This document shows, piece after piece, positions 53,282 to 62,782 of a DNA stretch of 64,000 nucleotides. The DNA lies in the IMG/VR virus record IMGVR_UViG_3300028558_000016, positions 1-64,000 of that record; one strand, written 5' to 3'. The notes beneath the pieces were generated by a model, which saw nothing but the letters and a program-made list of their open reading frames with translations, was not told where the DNA came from and searched no databases. The position numbers were made by a program, and so were the translations under genes. Numbering within the stretch: the stretch's first letter is position 1; every line of letters begins with the position of its first letter.

Positions 53282-53734
53282 TTATCTTGTGATGTATTCG
53301 ATTATATTAGCAAGCATTGAAGCTCTGTCAGCAGGACTTGCATTTCTGTATGCTTCCTTAATTGGTTCTAATCTTTCTTTAAGAGGATTTTGATTTGACA
53401 CTCCTACTTGTTCCTTTTTACGTTTGATTGTTGTTTCAATTGCTTCTGAAGCTGTTCTCCATTCAGAAACTATTTTATAATCTTTTAAGAATCCTGATGG
53501 AATCATCTTCTTCGAAAAGTGAACAGTTTCTTTGTTGTTGGAAAATTCAACATCCAATATAGAACCAATTGCTCCACGAGAAAGCTTTGTATCATACAAA
53601 TTCAATTTGTCACTTATTTTTTCCTGTTCATCAATTTCATGATAACAATGCACTGGTTTTCCACCACCTGCAATTTTTACTCCTATGTAGACTAATCTAC
53701 CTTTGATTTTTTCGGTTGTTTCTGTTGTGCTCAT
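53282..53734 (-). CDS. Hypothetical protein
   Basis: 150 aa ORF. Confidence 0.6.
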   Translation of the reverse strand: MSTTETTEKIKGRLVYIGVKIAGGGKPVHCYHEIDEQEKISDKLNLYDTKLSRGAIGSILDVEFSNNKETVHFSKKMIPSGFLKDYKIVSEWRTASEAIETTIKRKKEQVGVSNQNPLKERLEPIKEAYRNASPADRASMLANIIEYITR

Positions 53735-55248
53735 TAGTTTAAGTTTAAATCGTTAATAGCTCTTTCAAGGAATGGCATTTTAGTTATATCTGAAATCCAA
53801 TCGCTAACATAAATCAAATTATTCTTAGCACGAGTTCTTGCAACATACATCAAGTTATATTCCTGAGCAATTTGCCAAGGTTGCATTGCATAAAATGCTG
53901 GACATAATTGTGCTTCAATAATAAACACGTTATCAGCTTCCAAACCTTTTGATTTGTGCATGGTGCTTAATATAATTCCTTTTGCATCTTCTGAGAAAAT
54001 TCTTGCGATAATATCTTTCATCTCGTCAGTAGATTTTGTCTTAGTCTCATTTGCGATGGCTCTAAGAGCACCAATCTTATCTGACATGTTAACCACTGTG
54101 GAAACTTTTTCAGCATCACGTGATGGATATAAAGCTTTAGTTTTTTCAACTAACTTTTTGTAATCTTTTTCAAGAGCATTGAATAAAGCATCTTGCGTTT
54201 TTGCTTTTGTCTTTTTAATCATGTTGGTTAAATTCTTTCCAATATCACCACCTTTGATTGTTGCCTTACGACCTTCTGAAATAAATTTCATGCACATTGC
54301 AACTAATGGACGTGTGTTACGACATAAAACGAAATCACCGTCTTGTATCTCTTTAAATGAACCAGCACGAACATTACCTTCTTTCGCAGTTGGTGAAGGA
54401 AGAATGTCAGCAACAATTTGTTGAGCATGCGTGATTATTTTTGAACCACAACGATAAGAAAATGATAAAGGAAGTTCAACAGTATTCGGTAAAAGAGTTC
54501 TTAAATTATTGAATGACTCAACATCAGCTCCAGCAAAACCATAGATGGATTGATTAGGATCTCCAACAGCAATCAAACGACCACCATTTGGGTCAACCAA
54601 CTTTTTCAACATCTCATGTTGAGCACGGTTTAAATCTTGACACTCATCGATAAAAACATTTTTAAATTTACGCAATTTCATTTGATTTGAAAAAGCTGGA
54701 AAATAAATCATATCTATGAAATCGAAAGTCTTGGTATCTTTTCTGCAAGCATAAAGAACTTCCTTGGCACGTTCAATCTCACCGTTCAACAATTCAATCT
54801 CATGCTTCTCGCAAAGCTCCATAACTTCAGCAAGCGATTGTGGTAACGCAAACCTAAACATGTCAACTAATTTTTCAACACGGTTTGAATACGCATCAAC
54901 TTCTTCCTCAGCAATTCCCCAAGATGGAATCATGGTTTGAATAATCTTGTAAACTTTGGACTCATCAACTGAAACATTCTTGAACTTGTACACAAGTTCC
55001 TTCATGCCCCAAGCGTGAAGCGTCGAAACTTTAACGTGACGTGGAACGCGAGCTTCCAATTCGCGAACGATGTCCTTGTTGAACGCAAGGAAAATAGTTA
55101 ACTCAGTCTCAGGTATTTTTTTCAACGCACGAACAATGGTTGTGGTTTTTCCACTTCCAGCTTTTGCATTGATCAGGATATTTCTTCTTCTTTGGTCTTC
55201 AATCTCATTGAAAATCGCAATTTGGAAATCTGAATCTTGAAAGGTCAT
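53734..55248 (-). CDS. UvrD/Rep-like SF1 helicase
   Basis: AKAGSGKTT, FIDECQD, VGDPNQSIYGF, LSTMHKSKGLE, YVARTRA. Confidence 0.93.
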   Translation of the reverse strand: MTFQDSDFQIAIFNEIEDQRRRNILINAKAGSGKTTTIVRALKKIPETELTIFLAFNKDIVRELEARVPRHVKVSTLHAWGMKELVYKFKNVSVDESKVYKIIQTMIPSWGIAEEEVDAYSNRVEKLVDMFRFALPQSLAEVMELCEKHEIELLNGEIERAKEVLYACRKDTKTFDFIDMIYFPAFSNQMKLRKFKNVFIDECQDLNRAQHEMLKKLVDPNGGRLIAVGDPNQSIYGFAGADVESFNNLRTLLPNTVELPLSFSYRCGSKIITHAQQIVADILPSPTAKEGNVRAGSFKEIQDGDFVLCRNTRPLVAMCMKFISEGRKATIKGGDIGKNLTNMIKKTKAKTQDALFNALEKDYKKLVEKTKALYPSRDAEKVSTVVNMSDKIGALRAIANETKTKSTDEMKDIIARIFSEDAKGIILSTMHKSKGLEADNVFIIEAQLCPAFYAMQPWQIAQEYNLMYVARTRAKNNLIYVSDWISDITKMPFLERAINDLNLN

Positions 55249-55376
55249 ATTATGGTCGGTTTTGATTTACTCTATAAAATTACTAAATTTTTATCATATA
55301 TAAAAATGATTGCATTAATAAATGGAAATCTAACCTATTGATAATCAATGAGTTACGTAAATACTTATTAACAAGA

Positions 55377-55400
55377 AAGCCCGATCGAATGACCGGGCTT
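55377..55400 (-). terminator. Terminator-like hairpin with conserved loop
   Basis: AAGCCCG-GTCATTCGAT-CGGGCTT then TCTT. Confidence 0.6.
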
Positions 55401-55427
55401 AAATTTAGATAAAAATGGAATGAATTA

Positions 55428-56333
55428 TCAGTCTAATGACTCTCCGCAAGATGGGCAGAATTTCCATGAAGATTTCTTCACTCGAGTGCGACATCCTGGA
55501 CAATATTGCCTTATGTCTTTTACCTCAACTGGTTTTTGAGATTCAGGTAGGAGCTTATATTCTTTTGATGTGAAATAATAAGTCTCGAAATCACCATAGT
55601 AACTCGAAAAGGATTGATCAGAGGTTGCTCCCTTTTCAATTCTGCCTGTTTCCAATGTGTTTGAATCCGCTGTTTGCGACATGTCACAATTATTGGTTGT
55701 TACGATTGGTGCAGATAATCCTGAAGTTGGCGTTGACGAACAATAAAAGCTGTTTGAACTCGCATTTCCTGTTGTTCCTGATGTAAAAAATCCACTTGAT
55801 ACACTGCTTGTTCCACTTAAACCGCTTGCAGTGCTAATTATGGTTGATGTGTTTGGAACGCATCCTCCAGTTGTTCCAAAGTAAATATTACTTGGTGCAA
55901 TGGTAATCGTTGGATTAATGTAGTACGGATAGTTTAAATAAGTGTAAGTTGGATAAACAGTCGTCAAATTTATGGCAGGAGTTTTCTCGTTGTAAAACTC
56001 AATTCTCACTTCACCATTCTTCTTGATTGCTTCCTTCACTTCCTTGGAATTCTCAACATTGTAAGTCTCAAACTGAAACTTTCTGTTGTCATCGAGGTAC
56101 CTTTCGAGATAAGATCTCTCTCCTGGTTTAATAACCAATAGGCTGCTTGAAATGGAATTTCCATTAATCAAGATCTTTGCTCCTATAGTTCTTGTCGTGG
56201 GATTAAAGAGTTCGATTTGAAACTCTTCTCCGTCTTTTATGAAGACGTTTTTGCCGTTGTAGATTTTCAAACGGCTTTTGTTCCTGCCGACAGACACATA
56301 GGCCTCCGGCAAGCTGTTGCTTGTGTAGTTCAT
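55428..56333 (-). CDS. Hypothetical protein with Ser/Thr-rich linker and C-terminal zinc ribbon
   Basis: YCPGC....WKFCPSCG at the C-terminus. Confidence 0.7.
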   Translation of the reverse strand: MNYTSNSLPEAYVSVGRNKSRLKIYNGKNVFIKDGEEFQIELFNPTTRTIGAKILINGNSISSSLLVIKPGERSYLERYLDDNRKFQFETYNVENSKEVKEAIKKNGEVRIEFYNEKTPAINLTTVYPTYTYLNYPYYINPTITIAPSNIYFGTTGGCVPNTSTIISTASGLSGTSSVSSGFFTSGTTGNASSNSFYCSSTPTSGLSAPIVTTNNCDMSQTADSNTLETGRIEKGATSDQSFSSYYGDFETYYFTSKEYKLLPESQKPVEVKDIRQYCPGCRTRVKKSSWKFCPSCGESLD

Positions 56334-56466
56334 GATTTTAACTTGCTATTTTTGATATTCGTGCTAATGTCTTCGTTGCCCGGGACAACTCAAAGGTATT
56401 TAAACCCAACACTAACCCGACGGTTAAATCACTTGTTATATAAATTCCAAATGGAATTGTTTCAAC

Positions 56467-56760
56467 TTATTTTTCTAATATTGAAATAATTCCCTTAACA
56501 TCTTTAGAGTCTTCCAAATAAGTAGCTTCTTTTCCAGAAGTCTTATGCTTAAACGTGTATTCCTGCTTATGACCGACCTTCTTAGAATCTTCCAATTCAA
56601 GAATATTCTTTGGATCTACTGAAATGAATGGTTCTTTCTTTTCATCGAAATATGCTTTGTGGTAACCATCTCTTCTCAATTGTCCACAAATCTGATTAAG
56701 AATCATGTCTGAGAAATTGGTTTGACTCTCGAAATCCTCAAATAATTTTACGTGTTTCAT
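56467..56760 (-). CDS. Putative internal head protein
   Basis: N-terminus MKHVKLFEDFE. Confidence 0.6.
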   Translation of the reverse strand: MKHVKLFEDFESQTNFSDMILNQICGQLRRDGYHKAYFDEKKEPFISVDPKNILELEDSKKVGHKQEYTFKHKTSGKEATYLEDSKDVKGIISILEK

Positions 56761-56761
56761 G

Positions 56762-58015
56762 TTATTCGTAAGAACATTGCTGAATGATCATGCGTTTTGC
56801 ATCACCCAAATCATCCACGTTCTTTAATATTTTTATAGCCTTCAATAAGGTTCTCATATTTAATTGAACCTTTTTATTAACCGCCGCAACACTTTTAATA
56901 GTGTTCAACGCTCCATTCTTCAAAGACATCGGTTCCTCAGGCATAACCTTTGGCATTAATTCCTCAATGTATTTAACCATGTCATCTGGAGACAATGCAA
57001 CTTCAAGAACAAAAGCTCTCGACTTGATTGCAGGGTCAATTTTCTTCTGAGGCAAGTTACTTAAGAATATTACTCTTCCATTAAAGTTAAAACTTCTTGG
57101 AACTGTTTCTCCTGTCGTAGGATCTTTAATCTCTCTTGCAACTTCCCATGTGATGTCTCTCTCAGATTCCTCAGAGTCAAGAGCACCTTTCAATATGTTT
57201 ATCGCGTTGTCATCCTTGAAAACGCTATCACAATCATCGTATATTATAAGCTTTCCATTATTTCTGTATAATGAAATGTACATTGCGGCCGCAGTAGTTT
57301 TACCTTTAACCTTGACCCAATCTTTTCCTTTTTCAAGTCCTGCCTTCTTGATCTCATCAGCAGTTATAAACGTCTTACCAACACCTGGACTTCCTGTAAC
57401 GAGCAAAGCCGGTTGGGTTCCATTAATAACCATCTTCACGTATCTTCTCAAATCATTGAAAATAGTTTTTGGATCTCCGTATTTGTATTCTGCGATGGTC
57501 TTGTCGATCTCATCTGCTTTCGCATCACCTGATTTCAATTCAGTTTTAGGAGTGTCAACCAAAGCTAATTTCTTTTTAGGATGTATCTTATATCCTGGAA
57601 TATTATCTGCTGTATGTGTTTTATCTTTAACAAGCTCATTAAGGCTTTCCTTAATCTCTCCAACGTGCGGATCCTTCATCAATTTTGGTATCAATGAAAT
57701 AACTTTATCCACATTTCCATCAACAACATACAATGTTGATTCAGGAGACGTTGATTTAGGAAGCCAAAAATCCACACTGTATAAAGTATTAGTGTCTGCA
57801 GTAAAGTTCAAAGAAAACGAATGTCCTTCCTTATCTGAAAATAAATAAGCTATCTGTTTAGGCTCAGGTCCATTTTCTCCTTCTCTATGCACTTCCTGGA
57901 AATCAGGAATATAATAAAGATTATCTCCAACAGTGTCCTTGACACTTTTAATTATGTCGCCCTGCGCTTGATTCGCTTCATATAACGATTCCCACAGTCT
58001 GAATTTTTTTATCAT
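56762..58015 (-). CDS. AAA+ ATPase with KxFxE-type N-terminal motif
   Basis: GSPGVGKT, IIYDDCD, FLSN, KSRAF; starts MIKKFRLWESL. Confidence 0.8.
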   Translation of the reverse strand: MIKKFRLWESLYEANQAQGDIIKSVKDTVGDNLYYIPDFQEVHREGENGPEPKQIAYLFSDKEGHSFSLNFTADTNTLYSVDFWLPKSTSPESTLYVVDGNVDKVISLIPKLMKDPHVGEIKESLNELVKDKTHTADNIPGYKIHPKKKLALVDTPKTELKSGDAKADEIDKTIAEYKYGDPKTIFNDLRRYVKMVINGTQPALLVTGSPGVGKTFITADEIKKAGLEKGKDWVKVKGKTTAAAMYISLYRNNGKLIIYDDCDSVFKDDNAINILKGALDSEESERDITWEVAREIKDPTTGETVPRSFNFNGRVIFLSNLPQKKIDPAIKSRAFVLEVALSPDDMVKYIEELMPKVMPEEPMSLKNGALNTIKSVAAVNKKVQLNMRTLLKAIKILKNVDDLGDAKRMIIQQCSYE

Positions 58016-59352
58016 TTTGTGTATTTGTCAAATTGTTTATCAAGGTCAGCTTTGCTTAAATCCTTTTTAAGCAAGTTTCCTTTTTCCTTATACTTGTAAA
58101 TCTGCACAGCAAAATCAATTAGACCAAACTGTAAAGTCTTTTGAGACATTTCCGGCTTAGCCTTTATTATCATTCCAAACAATGCGATTAAATCATTTTT
58201 CAAGTGATCAAACACTGCATCGTCTATTTTGTCTCCGATTGCTTCTTCTATAGTTCCTTTAGCCTCAGCGAAATTCTTTTTCACTTGCGTCATGTCGACT
58301 GTAACTTCAGGCTTTTTAGTCTCTTCCTTTTTTGCATCATCCTTCTTAACGTCATCGGTTGGAGTAGCGTCTGTTTTTGCTGTTGTGTCAGCCGCTTTTT
58401 CTTCCTTATTTCCTTTTGCGGCAAGAAGCAATTGATCAATGTAATTTATCTTCGATTGAATTAAATCAGAAGCGCTTTTAACCTTCTTGGAAATTTCATC
58501 AATCTCTTTTGCCTGTTGGTCCTTGTCGGAAGTTCTATTCTTGATGTTCTTGATGTCATCATCTTTTTGATCTTTCATCTTCTTCAATTCCTTTTCAAGG
58601 TAACTCAATATGTCGCTGAGCTTGTCAGCTGAAGTTGATTTCAACTTTTGTTGAATTTCAGAAATTGGTTTCGATAACAAATCCTTGATCTTGATTCCAG
58701 CAACAGATAAATCCTCATCCTCATCTGGTGTCTGATCAAATTTTCCAGAAGATACAGAGCCGTATTTCTCTTTGAACTCAGCATCTTTTTTTCTTGCAGC
58801 TTTTGCAGCCTTTTGTATTTCAGTATCAAACAGATCATGTAGAGTTGTATCGTCAGAAGATTTCTTGATCTCATCAAAAGATTCTCTTGCAGCTTCTTCA
58901 TCGACCTTTGCCTTCTTCATTTCCCAATAATCTTTTAGTCTTGTGCTGTCCTTGATTATGTTTGTTGCTTGTCTCGAGAGAGCATCATTAACGTCTTTTC
59001 TCTTCGTCTCGACTTGAGCCTGAAGTTTTTTAACTCTTTCCTTTTGCTCTTCATATTTCATTCTATCCACTGGATCTGATTTTGCTTCTCTTGAAAGAGC
59101 ATCAGCCTCAGCGAATCTTCCACGTGCATCCGCCCAATCAGTCCAATAGTCTAATTCGTTATCCTTATATTTTCTTAATATCTTATCGAGTTTTGAAACA
59201 GCTCCACCCAACATTCTTGAAAAGAAGTTTTTGATCGAAGATAAAACACCTTCGTCCAATTGCTCGGATTCATTCAAAGAGATTTTATATTCTCCTCTTT
59301 CAATGGCTCCAATGGAAAGACTCTCAAATAATTTGAATTTATCTATTATCAT
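58012..59352 (-). CDS. Putative internal head protein, coiled coil
   Basis: Starts MIIDKFKLFESL; LNESEQLDEG; charged helices. Confidence 0.6.
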   Translation of the reverse strand: MIIDKFKLFESLSIGAIERGEYKISLNESEQLDEGVLSSIKNFFSRMLGGAVSKLDKILRKYKDNELDYWTDWADARGRFAEADALSREAKSDPVDRMKYEEQKERVKKLQAQVETKRKDVNDALSRQATNIIKDSTRLKDYWEMKKAKVDEEAARESFDEIKKSSDDTTLHDLFDTEIQKAAKAARKKDAEFKEKYGSVSSGKFDQTPDEDEDLSVAGIKIKDLLSKPISEIQQKLKSTSADKLSDILSYLEKELKKMKDQKDDDIKNIKNRTSDKDQQAKEIDEISKKVKSASDLIQSKINYIDQLLLAAKGNKEEKAADTTAKTDATPTDDVKKDDAKKEETKKPEVTVDMTQVKKNFAEAKGTIEEAIGDKIDDAVFDHLKNDLIALFGMIIKAKPEMSQKTLQFGLIDFAVQIYKYKEKGNLLKKDLSKADLDKQFDKYTK

Positions 59353-59747
59353 TGTATGTTGAATAGTTTTTTAACCGTTTTTAATTTAGCAGGTCCAGCT
59401 TTAATATATCTTCCGATAGACTCCGGTCCTCTCTCGCTCATTATACCTTCTGCGCCATCTACTATTTTCTTTGCTATGGAAGTTAATGCTTCCCAATTGT
59501 TTACAACGTCAGCAGCATATTTCAATTTGCTTGGAATGTTTTCTGTTTGGCTTCCCATCAAATCGTTGATCTCCTTATTAAGAGCTTCCATGTCTCCCCA
59601 ATATCTGTCGTCCTTTGTAACTTCTCCGGACTCAGCGTAACCATCATACAAGTCAATAAGCTTTAACAAAGCATTATATCCTTGCATCGCTGTTGTTGTA
59701 TCTATTGCTTCATTAATAAAGCTCTCAAAAAGTTTGATGTGTTTCAT
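59349..59747 (-). CDS. Putative internal head protein
   Basis: Starts MKHIKLFESFINE. Confidence 0.6.
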   Translation of the reverse strand: MKHIKLFESFINEAIDTTTAMQGYNALLKLIDLYDGYAESGEVTKDDRYWGDMEALNKEINDLMGSQTENIPSKLKYAADVVNNWEALTSIAKKIVDGAEGIMSERGPESIGRYIKAGPAKLKTVKKLFNIQ

Positions 59748-60616
59748 TATACATTTTTAATTAGTTTCTCGAGAGACTTTTTGTTAACGACAAAACCATT
59801 TGGAGTGTTTTTTGTTTTGACCAAAACCATTCCATCTTCCAATTTTTCTCCTTGGTGATTTTTTTCAAGATCGACTATCTCAGCCTCTTGCTCATGCTTT
59901 TTAGCATCATGTCTCAACCACACTTGACCGACCTTTGCGTTAGCAGGATCATTTGCTTTTTTATCTTCCTCTTCTTTTTCCTTCACCTTAGCATCCTCGA
60001 TGGCTTTCTTTTCTTGTTCTTTCTTTTTCTTAAGGTCGTTAACTTCTTTTTCCAACTTATCAAGTTCTTCTTCACTTGCATATTTTTCAGCATCATCTAA
60101 TTTCTTTGTTGCCACGTCTTCTTGGATCTGAAGCAATTGCATTTGAGCGTAATTCTTAACGATGTCGCTCTTATCTTTGGTTAACATTTGTAGTTTTCCA
60201 TAGATTGCATCCTTCTTGCTTTTGCTTGCTTCTTCAATTGCTTGAATTGCTTTTTCAGCTCTGTTCACAAGCTCCTTGTTTCTTGGACTTTCTTTGTCAT
60301 CCAAATTAGCTTTGTATATTTTATCTCTTTCTCTTTTTGTCTTATCGTAAATTGATAATTGAACATCCTTGTATTCTGTTAGGACTGCGTCGATCTTCTT
60401 AAGAAGGTTTCCAGGAATTGCTCTAAGGACCTTTTCTTTTATCTTGCCGAACAATCCACCAATGATGTCACCGAGAATTCCTTCGTTGATCTTCTCAAGC
60501 TCCTCACGAGTAAATCCATTCTCCAATAACACGTCATCACTGATCGTGTCAATAGAATTTTCCAATATGATTGCAGCTTTTTCAAACTGTGCGAATGTTA
60601 GTTTCATCTTATTCAA
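59747..60616 (-). CDS. Putative internal head protein, paralogue-like to 58012..59352
   Basis: INEGILGDIIGGLFGK...LKKIDAVLTEYKD resembles LDEGVLSSIKNFFSR..SKLDKILRKYKD. Confidence 0.55.
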   Translation of the reverse strand: MNKMKLTFAQFEKAAIILENSIDTISDDVLLENGFTREELEKINEGILGDIIGGLFGKIKEKVLRAIPGNLLKKIDAVLTEYKDVQLSIYDKTKRERDKIYKANLDDKESPRNKELVNRAEKAIQAIEEASKSKKDAIYGKLQMLTKDKSDIVKNYAQMQLLQIQEDVATKKLDDAEKYASEEELDKLEKEVNDLKKKKEQEKKAIEDAKVKEKEEEDKKANDPANAKVGQVWLRHDAKKHEQEAEIVDLEKNHQGEKLEDGMVLVKTKNTPNGFVVNKKSLEKLIKNV

Positions 60617-60893
60617 TATTATATTTTATGGCCAACGACTTAATAGTCTTGCTGTCCTTTCCGTGATACTTCAAATGGAAAGTTATAATGCTTCTTATCA
60701 TCTCAAGATTCCTATTCTTAAAATCTGCGCTTTCCTCGCATTGCTTATCAAAGTCCTGAATTATTTTATCAAACGTCTCAGGGTATATGTTCAACAAAAT
60801 GTCTTTTGCAGAAACTCCTTCAAGACCAACTTCTTGGTAATGTTCAGACTCTGCGTTTGCACCATACTCGTTTAACTGCTTTATGAATTTCAT
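60609..60893 (-). CDS. Putative internal head protein
   Basis: Starts MKFIKQLNEY. Confidence 0.55.
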   Translation of the reverse strand: MKFIKQLNEYGANAESEHYQEVGLEGVSAKDILLNIYPETFDKIIQDFDKQCEESADFKNRNLEMIRSIITFHLKYHGKDSKTIKSLAIKYNIE

Positions 60894-61090
60894 GCTGAGA
60901 ATTTTTGTAATATTTCTATTAACTCTTTTGCTTGTTCTTTGTCTATGACTACCTGTTGAACAACATTTCCAAGGTCTTGTTGAACATAAAGAAATTTCTC
61001 AGTAACTTCCAATTGCAAATTGAGATTGGCAGCTGATGATTTGATGGTCTTCTTTTCTAAATCCTCGTTTAAGCTTTTTATGTATTTCAT
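60890..61090 (-). CDS. Putative internal head protein
   Basis: Starts MKYIKSLNED. Confidence 0.55.
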   Translation of the reverse strand: MKYIKSLNEDLEKKTIKSSAANLNLQLEVTEKFLYVQQDLGNVVQQVVIDKEQAKELIEILQKFSA

Positions 61091-61134
61091 TTGTGGTTGT
61101 TTTCTTGTTTTAAGTTTAGCATATAGGTCTTTTG

Positions 61135-61524
61135 TTATGCTCCCCTCTTTTTTAGAAACCCGGCCTTTAACTTTTCGAGATTCCTCTCTAACCTCCCTGA
61201 ATTATCGATCATTCCAGTAAACGAACCAGACTGTTCTTGCTTTTTAAGAGCACCAAGCATATTGTCGATGTTGCTCTTCATATTATTAATTGTTCTCATG
61301 GATTCAGAATCGAGGTTGTCGTATGACAACTTCAATGCAATAATCTCATCGCTCATTTCTGTCAATAACTGATGGATGTCAATTAAAGTTTTCTTTATCT
61401 TGGAAACCTTCTTTAGGTTGTCAGAAATCTCAAATCTGAACTTTGCTTTCTCAGGCGTAACTGCTTCGCTGAGAGGGGCTTGAAAGTCCTTTCCGAATTC
61501 TTCTAATGGCTTGATTCTCTTCAT
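61135..61524 (-). CDS. Putative internal head protein
   Basis: Starts MKRIKPLEEF; GAATATATA motif upstream. Confidence 0.55.
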   Translation of the reverse strand: MKRIKPLEEFGKDFQAPLSEAVTPEKAKFRFEISDNLKKVSKIKKTLIDIHQLLTEMSDEIIALKLSYDNLDSESMRTINNMKSNIDNMLGALKKQEQSGSFTGMIDNSGRLERNLEKLKAGFLKKRGA

Positions 61525-61546
61525 TCTGGATGATGTTACTTTGTTG

Positions 61547-61555
61547 TATATATTC
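61547..61555 (-). promoter_or_regulatory. Putative late promoter (GAATATATA)
   Basis: Heads the KxxKxF/LxE gene cluster. Confidence 0.55.
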
Positions 61556-61794
61556 GAAAATCACACTACTATGGTGACTATCTTATATATTTTTCGTATA
61601 TTAGCAAACGATGACCAAAAAGATAGTAAATCCAGACAATAAAAGCTCTAAGATTCAGGACTTAGGAGGCATATCTCCATTGACCAAAATCCAGAGCATA
61701 ACACGGTTCGACATCGTTACGAAGCCGCCGGTGGAACTTTCATCAGAACAAAATCCTTTAATTGAATATAAGAGAAATAGAATAAGAACAAACA

Positions 61795-62208
61795 GTGACA
61801 ACAACAGCGAAAATACTCGTCATAACGAGAGGGGTTCCCGGTGCGGGAAAGACCTCGTTCTGCCAGGACCTGGCGGGACCGGGAGCCGCTGTGATCGCTG
61901 CTGATGATTATTTCTATGACTCAAACGGCAAATACAGCTTCGATGCAACCAAACTTGGTTTAGCTCACGGTGACTGTAAAAGGAGATGTGAGGAAGCAAT
62001 GTTAGAAGGAATCAACGTATTCGTCAATAACACTTGCATCAAGGAACAAGAAATCACACCTTACAGAAAGCTTGCTGAAGAATATGGGTATAAAACCTAT
62101 GTCATTGTAGTTGAAAACAGACACGGAGGAACTAACCAACACGGCGTGCCTGAAGCAAAACTCCAAGAGATGGAGAGAAACCTAAAGAACAGCATAAAAC
62201 TTAGATAA
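61795..62208 (+). CDS. P-loop kinase (AAA_33 / polynucleotide kinase-like)
   Basis: RGVPGAGKT, AADDYF, VNNT, HGVP; GTG start. Confidence 0.8.
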   Translation: MTTTAKILVITRGVPGAGKTSFCQDLAGPGAAVIAADDYFYDSNGKYSFDATKLGLAHGDCKRRCEEAMLEGINVFVNNTCIKEQEITPYRKLAEEYGYKTYVIVVENRHGGTNQHGVPEAKLQEMERNLKNSIKLR

Positions 62209-62211
62209 AAG

Positions 62212-62236
62212 ACCGGCATTGTTTGCCGGTTTTTTT
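62212..62236 (+). terminator. Intrinsic terminator
   Basis: ACCGGCA-TTGTT-TGCCGGT followed by a T-run. Confidence 0.8.
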
Positions 62237-62249
62237 GTATATTTATATC

Positions 62250-62498
62250 ATGAAAAATGATAAAAGCGATATTCTTTTTTCTTTTATTCTTGGATGTTTT
62301 ATAACCATGATCATCTTAGCATGGACATCATGTAAACCAAAGCCAGAATTTTACATTAATGGAAAACCGTATTACACAAGAAGCGTTTGCGTCGAAAGCC
62401 ATCTTGAATTAAAATTCATGGGTGAACCAACGTTTGAAACAGAATGCGACAAATACAAAATTGATACAATTGAAATTAAACCAGAATGCCTGAAGTAG
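62250..62498 (+). CDS. Putative membrane-anchored/lipoprotein
   Basis: MKNDKSDILF... hydrophobic stretch then WTSC. Confidence 0.5.
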   Translation: MKNDKSDILFSFILGCFITMIILAWTSCKPKPEFYINGKPYYTRSVCVESHLELKFMGEPTFETECDKYKIDTIEIKPECLK

Positions 62499-62782
62499 TA
62501 GGAATATGTCCGATATGTGAAAGAGAAATGTGGAAGGGACCAACCATCGACAAGCATCACTTTACTCCAAAGTGTAGAGGTGGAAAAGAATCAGAATATC
62601 TACACAAGATATGTCACAGAAAAATCCATTCAATATGGACTGAGAAGGAATTAGAAAAAGAATTCAACGATCCAAACAAAGTAATAGCTCACCCTGAAAT
62701 GGAGAAATTCATTGCGTGGGTTCAAAAGAAGGATCCTGAATTCATGGATAAGAACGAACAACATAACAGAAAGAAAAGATGA
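62486..62782 (+). CDS. HNH endonuclease family protein
   Basis: CPICER....DKHHFTPKCRGG...LHKICHRKIH. Confidence 0.8.
   Translation: MPEVVGICPICEREMWKGPTIDKHHFTPKCRGGKESEYLHKICHRKIHSIWTEKELEKEFNDPNKVIAHPEMEKFIAWVQKKDPEFMDKNEQHNRKKR

Noticed and set aside
61611-61904. ORF overlapping the kinase gene in another frame (possible frameshift fusion)
   Set aside because: No slippery site recognised; the kinase has its own GTG start just after an in-frame TAA and the overlap portion looks like off-frame sequence. The 5' part may be a real small gene but is unsupported.
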